64,000 bases of DNA from an uncultured virus (IMG/VR IMGVR_UViG_3300006120_000016) (lineage: Duplodnaviria; Heunggongvirae; Uroviricota; Caudoviricetes): IMG/VR virus record IMGVR_UViG_3300006120_000016. One strand, written 5' to 3'. A program made the translations under genes and the position numbers. The notes under the pieces are model-generated. The model saw only the letters and a program-made list of their open reading frames with translations. It searched no databases and was not told where the DNA came from. Below, piece by piece: positions 26,999 through 38,155 of this stretch; the stretch's first letter is position 1, and the number at the start of each line of letters is the position of its first letter.

Positions 26999-28495
26999 AT
27001 GGCTAATACGTATATCTATCAGATGACAGATAACTGGAATAATAATTCCATCGATTCTGTTGGTATCGGCATGAGCGTTACTGATACCGCCTCAACATCA
27101 AATTCGGCACTTTTAAATTTGACATACAATGGATCAAACCAGTTTACTGTGTATAAATCTGGGGATACGGTTTTGTCTGGAGGAATTTCGGCCAATTCTG
27201 CATATACTAATCCAGTTTCTGATGGCATTACAATAGATTATGTTGTTGGGTCTGGTCGTATCATGGTCGGCCAAAATGATGGTCTCGTCGTTTATGCAGG
27301 AAATTCAACAACAGTTAGTAATACCACGGTCCTGATGTCTATCAGCAATTCTGGAATTATGTCTCTTGGTAACATGACTGCTAATGTACAAATTGGATCC
27401 AACACAATTCTGGGGACTCCATCAGTTGTTGCTGGATATGGAAATTCAAACTCTTCAGTAGACATTGTTATCACAAATGCCAATACAGGTGGAAACACTT
27501 CTTCAGATTTTGCTGCTTATGATAATGGCGGTTTATCTGGAAGTAATTTTGTTGATATGGGAATTAATGGCAGCACATGGTCAAATTCCGCATGGACCAT
27601 TAATGGTCCATCTGATGGATATTTGTACACGGGTAGTACCAATTTATCTATTGGTACTGCTAGTGCTGCATATATTAATTTTTTTACGGGGGGAACCTTA
27701 GCCGCCAATGAAAGAGTTCGTATTACCGCAACTGGTAATGTTGGTATAGGTAATACTGCACCCAATGCAACTTTAGCAGTTACTGGGGCAGCAAATATAT
27801 CTGGTAATGTTGTAGTTGGAACCACATTATCAATATATGGAAGCTCTGTTATTGGTCAATTTTTAGCCAATTCTATACAATATAGTGTTGGAAACTCAAC
27901 CGTAAATACTTTCTCTAATTCAACACATTTTTTTGCAGGAAATTCGACTAGTTATGGACTGGGCAATTCTACGGTTGAGGCGCTAGTTACCGCAAACTCA
28001 ACCGCAAATATTTCTGTAGCAACTCTCACCTCATCGACATATCAAGTAGGTAATGCCACAGTTTATGGATTTGGAAACTCTACGGTTGAGGGTATATATA
28101 ATACCACAACAAACACCAGTGTAGTCATGACTGGATCTAGTATTGTAGTTGGAAATACTACTGCGGGCATCGTAAACACATATACCGCAAATATAACATC
28201 AAATACATTTACGCTTGGGTCTGGAGGAACTGCTTCTGCTCAGGCTGCTAATGGATGGACCTATCTTCCTAATGGAATGAAGGCAAATTATGGGTGGGTT
28301 TCTGCAAATTCTTCTGTTGCAAATGTAAGTTTTTCCAGTCCATTTGCAACTGCGTGTTTTCATGTTTGGTTGACTCCAGTAAGCTCGGCAGCTACAGGTC
28401 CATATTTAATGCAACCTGCTAATACGACAGTTGCTCCAATTAGAACAACTTCTGCAACTGCTGCTAACGTAGCATATTGGGCTATAGGATTTTAA
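26999..28495 (+). CDS. baseplate-associated fibre/structural protein with small C-terminal domain
   Basis: ERVRI.A.GNVGIGN.APN fibre motif; C-terminal NGWTYLPNG...WAIG. Confidence 0.65.
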   Translation: MANTYIYQMTDNWNNNSIDSVGIGMSVTDTASTSNSALLNLTYNGSNQFTVYKSGDTVLSGGISANSAYTNPVSDGITIDYVVGSGRIMVGQNDGLVVYAGNSTTVSNTTVLMSISNSGIMSLGNMTANVQIGSNTILGTPSVVAGYGNSNSSVDIVITNANTGGNTSSDFAAYDNGGLSGSNFVDMGINGSTWSNSAWTINGPSDGYLYTGSTNLSIGTASAAYINFFTGGTLAANERVRITATGNVGIGNTAPNATLAVTGAANISGNVVVGTTLSIYGSSVIGQFLANSIQYSVGNSTVNTFSNSTHFFAGNSTSYGLGNSTVEALVTANSTANISVATLTSSTYQVGNATVYGFGNSTVEGIYNTTTNTSVVMTGSSIVVGNTTAGIVNTYTANITSNTFTLGSGGTASAQAANGWTYLPNGMKANYGWVSANSSVANVSFSSPFATACFHVWLTPVSSAATGPYLMQPANTTVAPIRTTSATAANVAYWAIGF

Positions 28496-28498
28496 TAA

Positions 28499-30565
28499 AT
28501 GAGCATTAGCAATACTGTCAATTTTAGTCTCCGCAGAAATATTTGGATGTTATCGTCTCCTGCATCCTCTGGGCAGTTTTATATCTTTGCTGCAAAAGCG
28601 ACACCGTGGCCAAATGATGTATCGCCCCCCAATTTAGACAATTCGGTTTATCTAAATGAATATCAGATCAATAATGAGATTTTATTTGGAAACTATGTTG
28701 GTCCCGCTGGAATTTCTTTAATGGCAAATAGATATGATTGGACTAGCGGAACTGTCTATAATATGTATGACGATCAAGATATCAATTTGTTTGATGAGCC
28801 TTTTTATGTTATTACACAAGAAGCTGGTCAATATAACGTATTTAAGTGTTTAAATAATGCTGGAGGAATCCCATCGACAGTTCAGCCATTACTTTCTCAG
28901 ACTTCACCAGATTCTGTATATTATGTCACATCAGATGGATACCAATGGAAATACTTATATAGTATCAATAGTACACAATATGACGCCTTTGCCACATCGC
29001 AATTTATTCCTGTGATATCTAATGGCGCGGTTGAAGGAAATGCTATATCTGGTGCCATTGAAACATATTCGATTATATCTGGCGGAAGTAACTATAACTC
29101 ATACACCAACGGATATTTCACAGACATTGCAGTTGGTGGCAATTCACAATATTTTGGTCTTCAGGGATCAGACACAACAATTCTATCTATAAGCTCTAAT
29201 ACATACAACGTTGGAGAAACCGTAACTCAAATTTATGGGGGAATGACTGTCACAGGAACAGTGGTTTCACAATCGACAGTAAATAACTCCGTTTCACATT
29301 TAACTTTGAGAAATGTTAATAATATTTTTGAACCTACCGTAAATACTATTACGGGATATACTTCTGGTTCAAAGTCTTCTGTATATGATGCAACATCTCC
29401 TAATATTTCTTCTAATGCTAATTTTTATAATGGGTGTTCTTTATACATTTCATCAGGAACTGGTGCTGGGCAGGTTGGTGTTGTTAGCGAATATGTAGTT
29501 ACAGGAAATTCAAGAAGAGTTCTTTTGGCTAATGCATTTCCAACATTGCCCGATTATACATCAAAATATATAATCTCTCCCAGAGTCACTATTAGTGGTG
29601 ATGGGACTGGTGCGACAGGATTGTCTGTAATCGACCCAAATACTAAAGTTTTATCCTCAATTCAAGTTCTTAGTAAAGGATCTGGATATAGTTATGCCAA
29701 TGTTGGTATTGTAGGAAATACCGGAACAACATCGATTGCTGCAAATAATGCATCTGTTCGGGCAATACTTTCTCCTCGTGGTGGACATGGATATGATGTT
29801 TTTTCAGAACTTGATGCAACATATCTAGCATATTCTACAAAATTTGCTAATAATGAAGGTGGAAAAATACCCGGAACTGGATCTCAATATCGTAGAATTG
29901 GCATTATTGCCAATCCACTTTATGCTAATGTTGGATTAACTTATACCTATTCTTCTGCCCCGCCTGCATTAGGGCTTTTAAGCGGTGGAACAATTCATGG
30001 GTCAAACAGTGGTGCTGAAGGAATTATTACTGGAGGAACTTCTGGTTCGATATATTCTTTATCCAACGTGTCTGGCATATTCAACACTTCAGATATTCTA
30101 ACTGGATTTTATGCAAACGGCATTCAAGCATTTGGGGCAAGTTATAACGTATTGGTCACTGCTATTTCAGGACAATCGTCTGTATTTAATAATAGAGTAC
30201 AACTTATTTGTCAAACATCTTCTTTGAGTGGGGGAACATTTTCAGTTGGTGAAAAAATTGTTACCACTTTTGGTGGAATTGATCAGGGCTATGGATATAT
30301 CCAAGAAATAGACACTGGCGGTAGCAACACTTACATATATCTTACTGAAGTTAAGGGAAATTTTACAACTTCAGATGTTCCATCCGGACATTATAAATAC
30401 ATCTATGATGATGCTAGTAGATCAGTAAGTATTCAGTTAAATTCTGTTATATCCAGCGATTTAGTTCCATATACTGGCGATATACTTTATGTCGAAAATA
30501 TACAACCTGTAACAAGAAATAGCCTGCAATCAGAAACTGTAAAATTAATTGTTGGTTTTTCATGA
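28499..30565 (+). CDS. gp8: baseplate wedge subunit gp8
   Basis: RYDWTSGTVY.MYD...NVFKCL.N......S.V.P...DGYQWKYLYSI...P.GGHG...GDILYVEN. Confidence 0.85.
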   Translation: MSISNTVNFSLRRNIWMLSSPASSGQFYIFAAKATPWPNDVSPPNLDNSVYLNEYQINNEILFGNYVGPAGISLMANRYDWTSGTVYNMYDDQDINLFDEPFYVITQEAGQYNVFKCLNNAGGIPSTVQPLLSQTSPDSVYYVTSDGYQWKYLYSINSTQYDAFATSQFIPVISNGAVEGNAISGAIETYSIISGGSNYNSYTNGYFTDIAVGGNSQYFGLQGSDTTILSISSNTYNVGETVTQIYGGMTVTGTVVSQSTVNNSVSHLTLRNVNNIFEPTVNTITGYTSGSKSSVYDATSPNISSNANFYNGCSLYISSGTGAGQVGVVSEYVVTGNSRRVLLANAFPTLPDYTSKYIISPRVTISGDGTGATGLSVIDPNTKVLSSIQVLSKGSGYSYANVGIVGNTGTTSIAANNASVRAILSPRGGHGYDVFSELDATYLAYSTKFANNEGGKIPGTGSQYRRIGIIANPLYANVGLTYTYSSAPPALGLLSGGTIHGSNSGAEGIITGGTSGSIYSLSNVSGIFNTSDILTGFYANGIQAFGASYNVLVTAISGQSSVFNNRVQLICQTSSLSGGTFSVGEKIVTTFGGIDQGYGYIQEIDTGGSNTYIYLTEVKGNFTTSDVPSGHYKYIYDDASRSVSIQLNSVISSDLVPYTGDILYVENIQPVTRNSLQSETVKLIVGFS

Positions 30566-30588
30566 ACCACTCAATAGGATAAGAAAAA

Positions 30589-33500
30589 ATGGGTTTAGAA
30601 ACTGATCTTTCCGTCTCTCCTTATTATGATGATGCTAATAACGCATTAGCAGATAACTATCATCGTATCCTTTTTAAGCCCTCCGTTTCGGTTCAGGCTA
30701 GAGAATTAACTCAGCTTCAGGACATTCTCCAAAATCAGGTCGAGCGTTTTGGTGACAACATTTATGCTACAGGCACAATCATCAAAGGATGTAATTTTAA
30801 CTTTGATGTAAATTATTATTACACCAAAATTAACGACATTAGGCCAATCGATAATGCTGAAGTTGATGTAACTCAATATCCCGGACTATTAGCATACGAA
30901 TCCACATCAAACCTATATGCAATTTGCGTAAATTCTATTGATGGTTATCAATCAAATGATCCCAATTTAAAAACTTTATATTTTAAATATATTAATTCTG
31001 GTATCAATAATGTTCAACAATTTCCATCAGGAAAACAGCTTCAATTCTATACAAATTCAAATCCAACATATGCAAACTCGACCAATTATTTTTCTAATGG
31101 TGATGTAACTATTGCATCCGTATCAAATTCAGTTGGTGCTGGATATTTAATGACTGTATCATCTGGTGTTGTTTACCAAAAAGGTCATTTCATTCAAGTT
31201 GAAAATAATACTTCTGTGATTGTTGACAAATATTCAAATCAACCAGATCAGGTGACTGTTGGTTTTAATATTGCAGAAAATATTGTTACAACATATCAAG
31301 ATTCTAATCTGTATGATCAGGCTACTGGATCAACAAACTATAATGCACCCGGAGCAGATCGTCTACAACTTATTCCTACATTAGTAGAATATTCTACAAA
31401 TGCTACCCCCAATTCAAACTTCTTTTCTCTCGTTGAATGGGAAAATGGTAATATAACTAAGTCGTTTCAGCAAACTGAATATAGTTCTCTGGGGAATGAA
31501 TTTGCTCGTCGTACCTATGAAGAAGCTGGAAACTTTACAATTAATCCTTTCCGCATTCATATGGAATCTTCCAACAGCACTTACAATTCTATTGTTGCTT
31601 CTGCTGGGCTTGCTTATATCGAAGGACATAGAATTGAGCAACTGAATAATATCAGAACTCCTGTCCGTAAAGGTCTTGACACAAAGGTTTCTGCAAATCA
31701 AACCATTAGCGTAAACTATGACAACTCAATATTAGTCCAACAAATGGTTGGTGCATTTCCAACAACTACAGGTGCTATTGTAACTCTATATGATACTGCA
31801 CAAAATGCAGTATCTGGTGATACATTTAGTCCCACGTTCTCGCCAAATGGTAATGCGATTGGTACTGCAAAAATTATTTCCTTGGTATATTATGGAGGAC
31901 AGTCTGGAACTCCAACTGCACAATATAAAGCATATCTTGCAGACATCAGAATGAATACTGGCAAAACATTTGCCAGCGTTAAAGCCATATACTCGACTAA
32001 TAGTGGTCTTGCTGATATTGTATTAACCCGCAACACAACATCAAACACCAATATTGCAGTTCTTGAACTTCCCTCCAAATCATCTTTGGTGTTTGATACT
32101 GGAAAGGTTGGATCTGCAAGTTTAAGTAACACAAACGTTCTTCCTAATTATACATATAGAAGCAATGCAAATTCTTTGATCAATTATACAACCGGTAATT
32201 CAAATATTATTGGATTAACTGGATCGTATAAATTCCCATATACACAAGGAATAATTCCTGCATCTCAAGCAACTTCTGATTTGATAATCGTTCCTACATC
32301 ATTCTCGTCTGGTGCTAATTTTGCTAATGTGTCTCTGACTAAGACCGGAAACGTTACCGTATATTCTACAAATACGCTCGTAAAAAATGCAACCGGAAAC
32401 ACAACTTCTTTTAATACAGAGTATAATACCGGCGACTATATCAACGTAGCAAATACTGTTAGAAGAGTTGTAACTGTTATCAATAGTTCATCAATGTCGG
32501 TTGATAGCGCATTTAATTCGAATGCTTCTTCTACTCATAATAAGTGTTATCCTGTAAATGTCCCTATCAATTTATCAGGACAATCATATGCATCAATTCT
32601 AGATACAAATAGCCAACAACTACAACTTTCTCTGATTGCGGCCAACGGATCTCCAGAGACTTTAGTTGCCAATATGAACCTATCTGTTAGTTATAATGCA
32701 ATAATTCCAAGCGATCCGGATAGAGCATTACAGGCTAATACAAGTATTGCTGTTAGAATTAATGTGTCTAACAACTCGGCAGGATCCACTGGTCCATGGT
32801 GCCTTGGTATCCCATATGTGTACAATCTTCGTAATGTATATAAATCTTCAAATGTGGGAACATTCACTGCAAACTCATCAACTGGAAACACATATATAAT
32901 AACGAATACCACAGGATTTGCTAATGGAGTGTCTGTTTTTGGTCCCGGCATTGTTGCTGGTTCGACTGCTAATGTAGTTAATAGCACAGCTTTACAATTA
33001 TCGTCAGCAGCTACTGCAACTACTACAAGTCAGATCTTTAGCTATGGGTATTATTCAACAAATTCCGTAGACGATATAACCTTTGCGTTTAATGTAAAAG
33101 ATGGACAAAAAGACGCATTTTTCGACCAGTCTTTCCTTGTTCATAATTCAAATTATCAGAATGTTGGTATCGGACCAAATGATCTACTAACAGTTGTGTT
33201 TGATGCATTTTATCCTCAAAATACTGGTAAAGGATATATTTCGGTAGATTCATACACCACTATTATTAATAATGGAAATATTGGATATGAAAACATTCCT
33301 TCATTTACCGATACCTCAGGTAATTATTATAATCTAAGGGATTGTATTGATTTCAGACCGTTTGCTCAAAATACTGCTGCATATCAGTCTGCTGTATCTA
33401 ACTCTATAATCAATCCAACATATACATCAAATTTTGCTGCCACAGAAAATTATCTGGCTGCTCCAAATCAGCAATTCAACTATAGCATTAAATATTATGT

Positions 33501-35037
33501 TGGAAGAATTGATAAATTGATGCTTAACTCTTATGGGTCATATTCAGTAGTAGAAGGGATTGCAAAAGAAACCCCATCTGCTCCTGCCGATAAACAAGAC
33601 GCAATGACTTTGGCGACAATTTCTGTGCCGGTTTATCCATCTCTAGCAACAACAAATCTAAATTCCAATGCCGCTCAAAGTTATCTGGTAAACAGCACAC
33701 AACTAAATCAAACCAGAGTTTATAAAATGAGTGATATTGCTACTCTAGATCATCGTATTCAAAATCTTGAATATTACACTTCTTTGAACTTATTAGAATC
33801 AAATGCAAGCGCATTGAGCATTCAATCGTCTGTTACAGGCGCAAATCGGTTTAAGAATGGTATTTTTGTAGATAATTTCTCAACTACAGATTCTCTGGAC
33901 ATATCAAACCCTGAATTTAGAGCAGGATTAAGTCCAAGTGAAAATGCACTTATTCCAAGAACCGCACAAACACCAATTGGTCTGACTTATGCTTCTGGCA
34001 CAAATGTAACTCAAACGGGTAATATTATTACGCTTCTGAATACAAATGCTGGTAACACATCATTAAATGCGTTCATGACTCAGAAATTTAAATCGAAAAG
34101 CAGAGAATGTTCTGACAGACATTATGATTTTGATGGATGCCTAGAATTACATTCGCGCTATTATGGATATCCAGAATTAAATTTCTGTCCAATCGTTCCG
34201 ACGCCACCTCCATACACATTAGGGCAGCTTGGCGTTTCAATCTTTATACCATCAACATATGGCGGTTGGTATTCACCATATACTTTATATTCTGGATATA
34301 CTGGACTGTTGACTGGGGCCGCATTCAACTCATTTATTGAGTTTGATTATATGACAGAAATGGCTGCGGCAGGAATTCTTAATAGGAATTTTGGTGTGTC
34401 TCTTATGGCAACCCTTGTTGGTGGCATGATCGCAGTTACACCAACAATTAGACCATATTCAATGATTCATTCTGGATATTTTATTGCTCCAGAAACTGGA
34501 ACATATACATTCACTTGCGGACATAAAGATGGTGTAGTCTTACAAGTTGGTAATCAAGTAATTATTAATTCTACATCAGCAACCACACCTGTAGTAACAA
34601 ACTCCAGTACAATTAATCTGATAGCCGGTCAATATTATTCATTCTCACATACAATGGGGGTGACTTGCAGTTTGGGTGGCGGATTATCAGAGACAAGGCT
34701 AAGTAGAATTTGGTTCTCTGTGAATGGCAATGTTTATGCTTCACCCGGTTTAGCAACAACAGTTGCAGGAACACCAATTGGAGCAAACAAACAGATTACA
34801 TCTTCTATGTTTGGACGCGATAATAAGGGTGTTACAACTGGAACACCAAACACATCTGTAACGTGGAATACTTCGGTTCCTACAAATCTTATTGGGTCTT
34901 CTGGTGGAAATCCAATGCCCGGATTAAATATAGATAGTCATATTCTGAAAGTGCCAACGACATCTCCTCGTCCTGAGGCTCCGTCGATTACACTTCCAAC
35001 TCACATAATCAGTGTTCTGAGTGACACCAAAAAATAA
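30589..35037 (+). CDS. large virion structural protein (VrlC/DUF4815-like N-part) with PA14-like module
   Basis: SPYYDD...ILFKP...VQARELTQLQ.ILQNQ...APGADRL...ARRTYEE.G...RI.NLEYYTSL.LLE...RFKNG.FVDNF; GYFIAPETGTYTF. Confidence 0.75.
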   Translation: MGLETDLSVSPYYDDANNALADNYHRILFKPSVSVQARELTQLQDILQNQVERFGDNIYATGTIIKGCNFNFDVNYYYTKINDIRPIDNAEVDVTQYPGLLAYESTSNLYAICVNSIDGYQSNDPNLKTLYFKYINSGINNVQQFPSGKQLQFYTNSNPTYANSTNYFSNGDVTIASVSNSVGAGYLMTVSSGVVYQKGHFIQVENNTSVIVDKYSNQPDQVTVGFNIAENIVTTYQDSNLYDQATGSTNYNAPGADRLQLIPTLVEYSTNATPNSNFFSLVEWENGNITKSFQQTEYSSLGNEFARRTYEEAGNFTINPFRIHMESSNSTYNSIVASAGLAYIEGHRIEQLNNIRTPVRKGLDTKVSANQTISVNYDNSILVQQMVGAFPTTTGAIVTLYDTAQNAVSGDTFSPTFSPNGNAIGTAKIISLVYYGGQSGTPTAQYKAYLADIRMNTGKTFASVKAIYSTNSGLADIVLTRNTTSNTNIAVLELPSKSSLVFDTGKVGSASLSNTNVLPNYTYRSNANSLINYTTGNSNIIGLTGSYKFPYTQGIIPASQATSDLIIVPTSFSSGANFANVSLTKTGNVTVYSTNTLVKNATGNTTSFNTEYNTGDYINVANTVRRVVTVINSSSMSVDSAFNSNASSTHNKCYPVNVPINLSGQSYASILDTNSQQLQLSLIAANGSPETLVANMNLSVSYNAIIPSDPDRALQANTSIAVRINVSNNSAGSTGPWCLGIPYVYNLRNVYKSSNVGTFTANSSTGNTYIITNTTGFANGVSVFGPGIVAGSTANVVNSTALQLSSAATATTTSQIFSYGYYSTNSVDDITFAFNVKDGQKDAFFDQSFLVHNSNYQNVGIGPNDLLTVVFDAFYPQNTGKGYISVDSYTTIINNGNIGYENIPSFTDTSGNYYNLRDCIDFRPFAQNTAAYQSAVSNSIINPTYTSNFAATENYLAAPNQQFNYSIKYYVGRIDKLMLNSYGSYSVVEGIAKETPSAPADKQDAMTLATISVPVYPSLATTNLNSNAAQSYLVNSTQLNQTRVYKMSDIATLDHRIQNLEYYTSLNLLESNASALSIQSSVTGANRFKNGIFVDNFSTTDSLDISNPEFRAGLSPSENALIPRTAQTPIGLTYASGTNVTQTGNIITLLNTNAGNTSLNAFMTQKFKSKSRECSDRHYDFDGCLELHSRYYGYPELNFCPIVPTPPPYTLGQLGVSIFIPSTYGGWYSPYTLYSGYTGLLTGAAFNSFIEFDYMTEMAAAGILNRNFGVSLMATLVGGMIAVTPTIRPYSMIHSGYFIAPETGTYTFTCGHKDGVVLQVGNQVIINSTSATTPVVTNSSTINLIAGQYYSFSHTMGVTCSLGGGLSETRLSRIWFSVNGNVYASPGLATTVAGTPIGANKQITSSMFGRDNKGVTTGTPNTSVTWNTSVPTNLIGSSGGNPMPGLNIDSHILKVPTTSPRPEAPSITLPTHIISVLSDTKK

Positions 35038-35048
35038 AGAGGCAATAA

Positions 35049-37964
35049 ATGGGTATTACGACTGGTATTGTTCCACAGAACATCAACAATAATGCAAACA
35101 ATAGCGTTGGGCAATTTATCAGCACAACGACCACCCCTTTGTATATCGCTTCCCGTCCCATCGGATTTACCGTGCATGGATTAAAACCAAACACAAAACT
35201 ATCTTTGTTTTTTGATGGAATTAACATATCTTCGTATTGCTCACCGGCTGCTTATGATTTATCTTTGTTAAATCCAACATCAGATGATTATCATATAACA
35301 AATCTTGGTGGTTGGATTTACAGTGACTCTACAGGTAAGGCAATTGGGTTGTTTAATGTTCCAGCCGGAATGTTCCAAATTGGAACAAGAGAATTTCATG
35401 TGTTTGATCATTATATTGATGCAGATGATTACAACGAAAGAATATTAAACCATTCTTGTCGAGCATTTGGTTATTTTAATGCGTTTAATTATTCTGGAAT
35501 TGTTTCTCCCGTACCAGCTATTATTGCGACAATTCCTCCCGGATCACGATCCTCAGTAACTTTATCTACAAGAGGATCTGGAACGGCAACGGCTATTGAT
35601 GCGAATGCATCTCGCAACAATCCCTTATCTCAGACCTTTTATATTGGGTCCGATTTAACAGATGGTCAAGATGGATTATATCTTTCTGCGGTCGATTTAT
35701 TTGTTCAGTCTAAACACCAAACACAACCTTTGACCATTGATATCAGAACTGTTGATACTGGCGGAATTCCCACCACAACAATTTTACCATATTCTCAAGT
35801 TACTGTAGAAGCTGCAAACGTAAATGATGATATTGCTGGTCAGACTGCGACAACTTTCACATTTTCAAGTCCAATATATCTCCGTTCGGGTTATAGTTAT
35901 TCTATAACAGTGACTCCGGGTGGTGGGGTTCCCGATTACATCATTTATACTGCTATTGTTGGCGATTTAGACGATGTACATGGAAGGGTTGACGGAAGAT
36001 GGGGTCAGGGGTTTCTATATACTGCCGTAACTGGATCTAATTGGACACCCATACATACAGAATTTTTAAAATTTGTTTTATATAGACATAATTACGCAAA
36101 CTATGCCTCTACAGGAACTGCGAAATTCGTTAATAAAGATTATGAATTTATTTCATATTCTAATACATCAAATATTCCATTTAGTTCGGGAGAATATGTT
36201 TATCAAATGCCACAGCCATTGGGTGCATTTGTTACAACGACATCATCATCAAATTTAATTGGGGTCAATACTAGTGCATCATATATTAGTGGATATACTC
36301 TATCAACAGATTTTAGTGCGGGAGATTATGTTCTTGTATTGGGATCAACCCCAAGCCCAAATACCGCTAATAATGTATTAAATTGGGGGTTATTTTCAAA
36401 TGCTTTTAGCACAAAAGTAACAGCAGTCAACGGCAATAATACGCTATCGTTAGCAAATTCAATTCCTTGGACAAATAGTGCGGCTGTTATTTTCAAACCC
36501 GCAAAAGGAACTGTATCTATTACTGCTGGCTCTAATACAGTTATTGGAACTGGAACGAGGTTTGATCTACAATATACTACCTCATATCAAGATCAGACTA
36601 ACAAAATTCCACTTGTTGCACAATGGAGTAATGGATCAGTTGATGCTCATGAAGTACTTTGGCCATCCGCAATAATTAACGCAACTGCCATGACTTTGAG
36701 AAATGCTCCATTGACATCAAATGCTACAGCAATTCCTCTAACAACACCAGTTGGTCGAGTAGTTTCTGTTGATACAAATCGTCAACTATTGATTCTTGAT
36801 ACTTCAAGTTCAAATGGATCATCATCGAATACTGCATGGCAAAATGTGTTTTCATCACCCTCATATTTTTCTACTAGCCGAGTTATTGTTGGAACACAAT
36901 CTGGCGCAACCGCTTTGATTTCTAGAGTTGTTGATATTAGTGCATCGACAATGCAGCCAATTGTATATAACTCTTCTGTTCAAGGGACCACAGTATCATA
37001 TTCTGCTAATGCAACGACATCAACATATGCTGATATTGATTATCCTTCAATTTCAACTTCTGCAACAACTTATCTGACAAATAATCAGGTAATTATAGCA
37101 TCAAAAACAAATGAGATCAACTCTTATAATGGAAATAAATCATTTACTCTCAATGCATCTCTGACATCAAATTCTGCATTAACATCACCATCAATCGATG
37201 TGAGTCAGCTATCTATTCTGACTGGAACTACAGTAATTGGGCCAGATGCTTCCAATGAATATACAAATCAGGGAACTGCCCTTGCAAAATCTATCTCTAA
37301 AGTGGTAACTCTAGGCGATGGAAATGATGCAGAAGACCTCCAAGTATATTTAACTGCATATAGACCTGCTGGTACAGATATTCAGGTATATGTTAAAGTA
37401 TTAAACTCCGCAGATACCGATACGTTTGATAATAAGTATTGGTCTCAATTATCGCTGTATAGTAATAATAATTTATATTCAGATTCATCAAATTCTGAAG
37501 ATTGGAAAGAATATCAATTTGGACTTCCCACAGATCCAATTTCATTCAAGACAGCAGATACTGTTACCACAAACAATTCTATTACAATTGTGGCCACGAA
37601 TTCTAATACAAATTGGCAATCTATTTATAGCAATAATCAAACAATTGTTGTATATACAGATAATAGCAATAACCCATCTTCATATGAAGTTCATAATATT
37701 GCTAACGTCGTAAGTAATACTCAAATCACACTGAACACACCGATTTCATTTAGTAATACAAGTTCTGCCGTGATTGGGTCAATGGCGACTCCTTATTCTG
37801 CTTATAAGAATTCATTGAATAGCAGTATTGTTCGATATTATACTCCTGATGGTGCTGCTCATGATACATTCATTCAATATGCAATTAAGATTGTGTTATT
37901 GTCAAGTAATTCTGCTCTTCCACCAAAAGTTCAAAGTATGCAAGCAATTGCACTATCGGTATGA
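35049..37964 (+). CDS. large virion structural protein (VrlC/DUF4815-like C-part)
   Basis: YI.SR.I.F.V.GLKPNT...PLSQTF...VDLF...ATTFTF.SPIYL...YAIKIVL.S.N...PP.V. Confidence 0.7.
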   Translation: MGITTGIVPQNINNNANNSVGQFISTTTTPLYIASRPIGFTVHGLKPNTKLSLFFDGINISSYCSPAAYDLSLLNPTSDDYHITNLGGWIYSDSTGKAIGLFNVPAGMFQIGTREFHVFDHYIDADDYNERILNHSCRAFGYFNAFNYSGIVSPVPAIIATIPPGSRSSVTLSTRGSGTATAIDANASRNNPLSQTFYIGSDLTDGQDGLYLSAVDLFVQSKHQTQPLTIDIRTVDTGGIPTTTILPYSQVTVEAANVNDDIAGQTATTFTFSSPIYLRSGYSYSITVTPGGGVPDYIIYTAIVGDLDDVHGRVDGRWGQGFLYTAVTGSNWTPIHTEFLKFVLYRHNYANYASTGTAKFVNKDYEFISYSNTSNIPFSSGEYVYQMPQPLGAFVTTTSSSNLIGVNTSASYISGYTLSTDFSAGDYVLVLGSTPSPNTANNVLNWGLFSNAFSTKVTAVNGNNTLSLANSIPWTNSAAVIFKPAKGTVSITAGSNTVIGTGTRFDLQYTTSYQDQTNKIPLVAQWSNGSVDAHEVLWPSAIINATAMTLRNAPLTSNATAIPLTTPVGRVVSVDTNRQLLILDTSSSNGSSSNTAWQNVFSSPSYFSTSRVIVGTQSGATALISRVVDISASTMQPIVYNSSVQGTTVSYSANATTSTYADIDYPSISTSATTYLTNNQVIIASKTNEINSYNGNKSFTLNASLTSNSALTSPSIDVSQLSILTGTTVIGPDASNEYTNQGTALAKSISKVVTLGDGNDAEDLQVYLTAYRPAGTDIQVYVKVLNSADTDTFDNKYWSQLSLYSNNNLYSDSSNSEDWKEYQFGLPTDPISFKTADTVTTNNSITIVATNSNTNWQSIYSNNQTIVVYTDNSNNPSSYEVHNIANVVSNTQITLNTPISFSNTSSAVIGSMATPYSAYKNSLNSSIVRYYTPDGAAHDTFIQYAIKIVLLSSNSALPPKVQSMQAIALSV

Positions 37965-38155
37965 AAGTTCAAACTAATGATCCCAATTTTGTTAGGGACA
38001 CAAACAATTTATCTTTGATAAATAAGAATATAAGTGAGTTACAGATGCTTAGGGCACAAAGAAAATTGCAAACTGAGCATAAACAAGAATTGAATGATCT
38101 TAGATCGCAGATAAAAGAATTAAAATCACTGATACTGTCCGGGAGCGGTAAATAA
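37961..38155 (+). CDS. small coiled-coil protein
   Basis: FVRD.....INKN...ELNDLRSQIKELKSLI; coupled to the upstream gene. Confidence 0.7.
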   Translation: MKVQTNDPNFVRDTNNLSLINKNISELQMLRAQRKLQTEHKQELNDLRSQIKELKSLILSGSGK

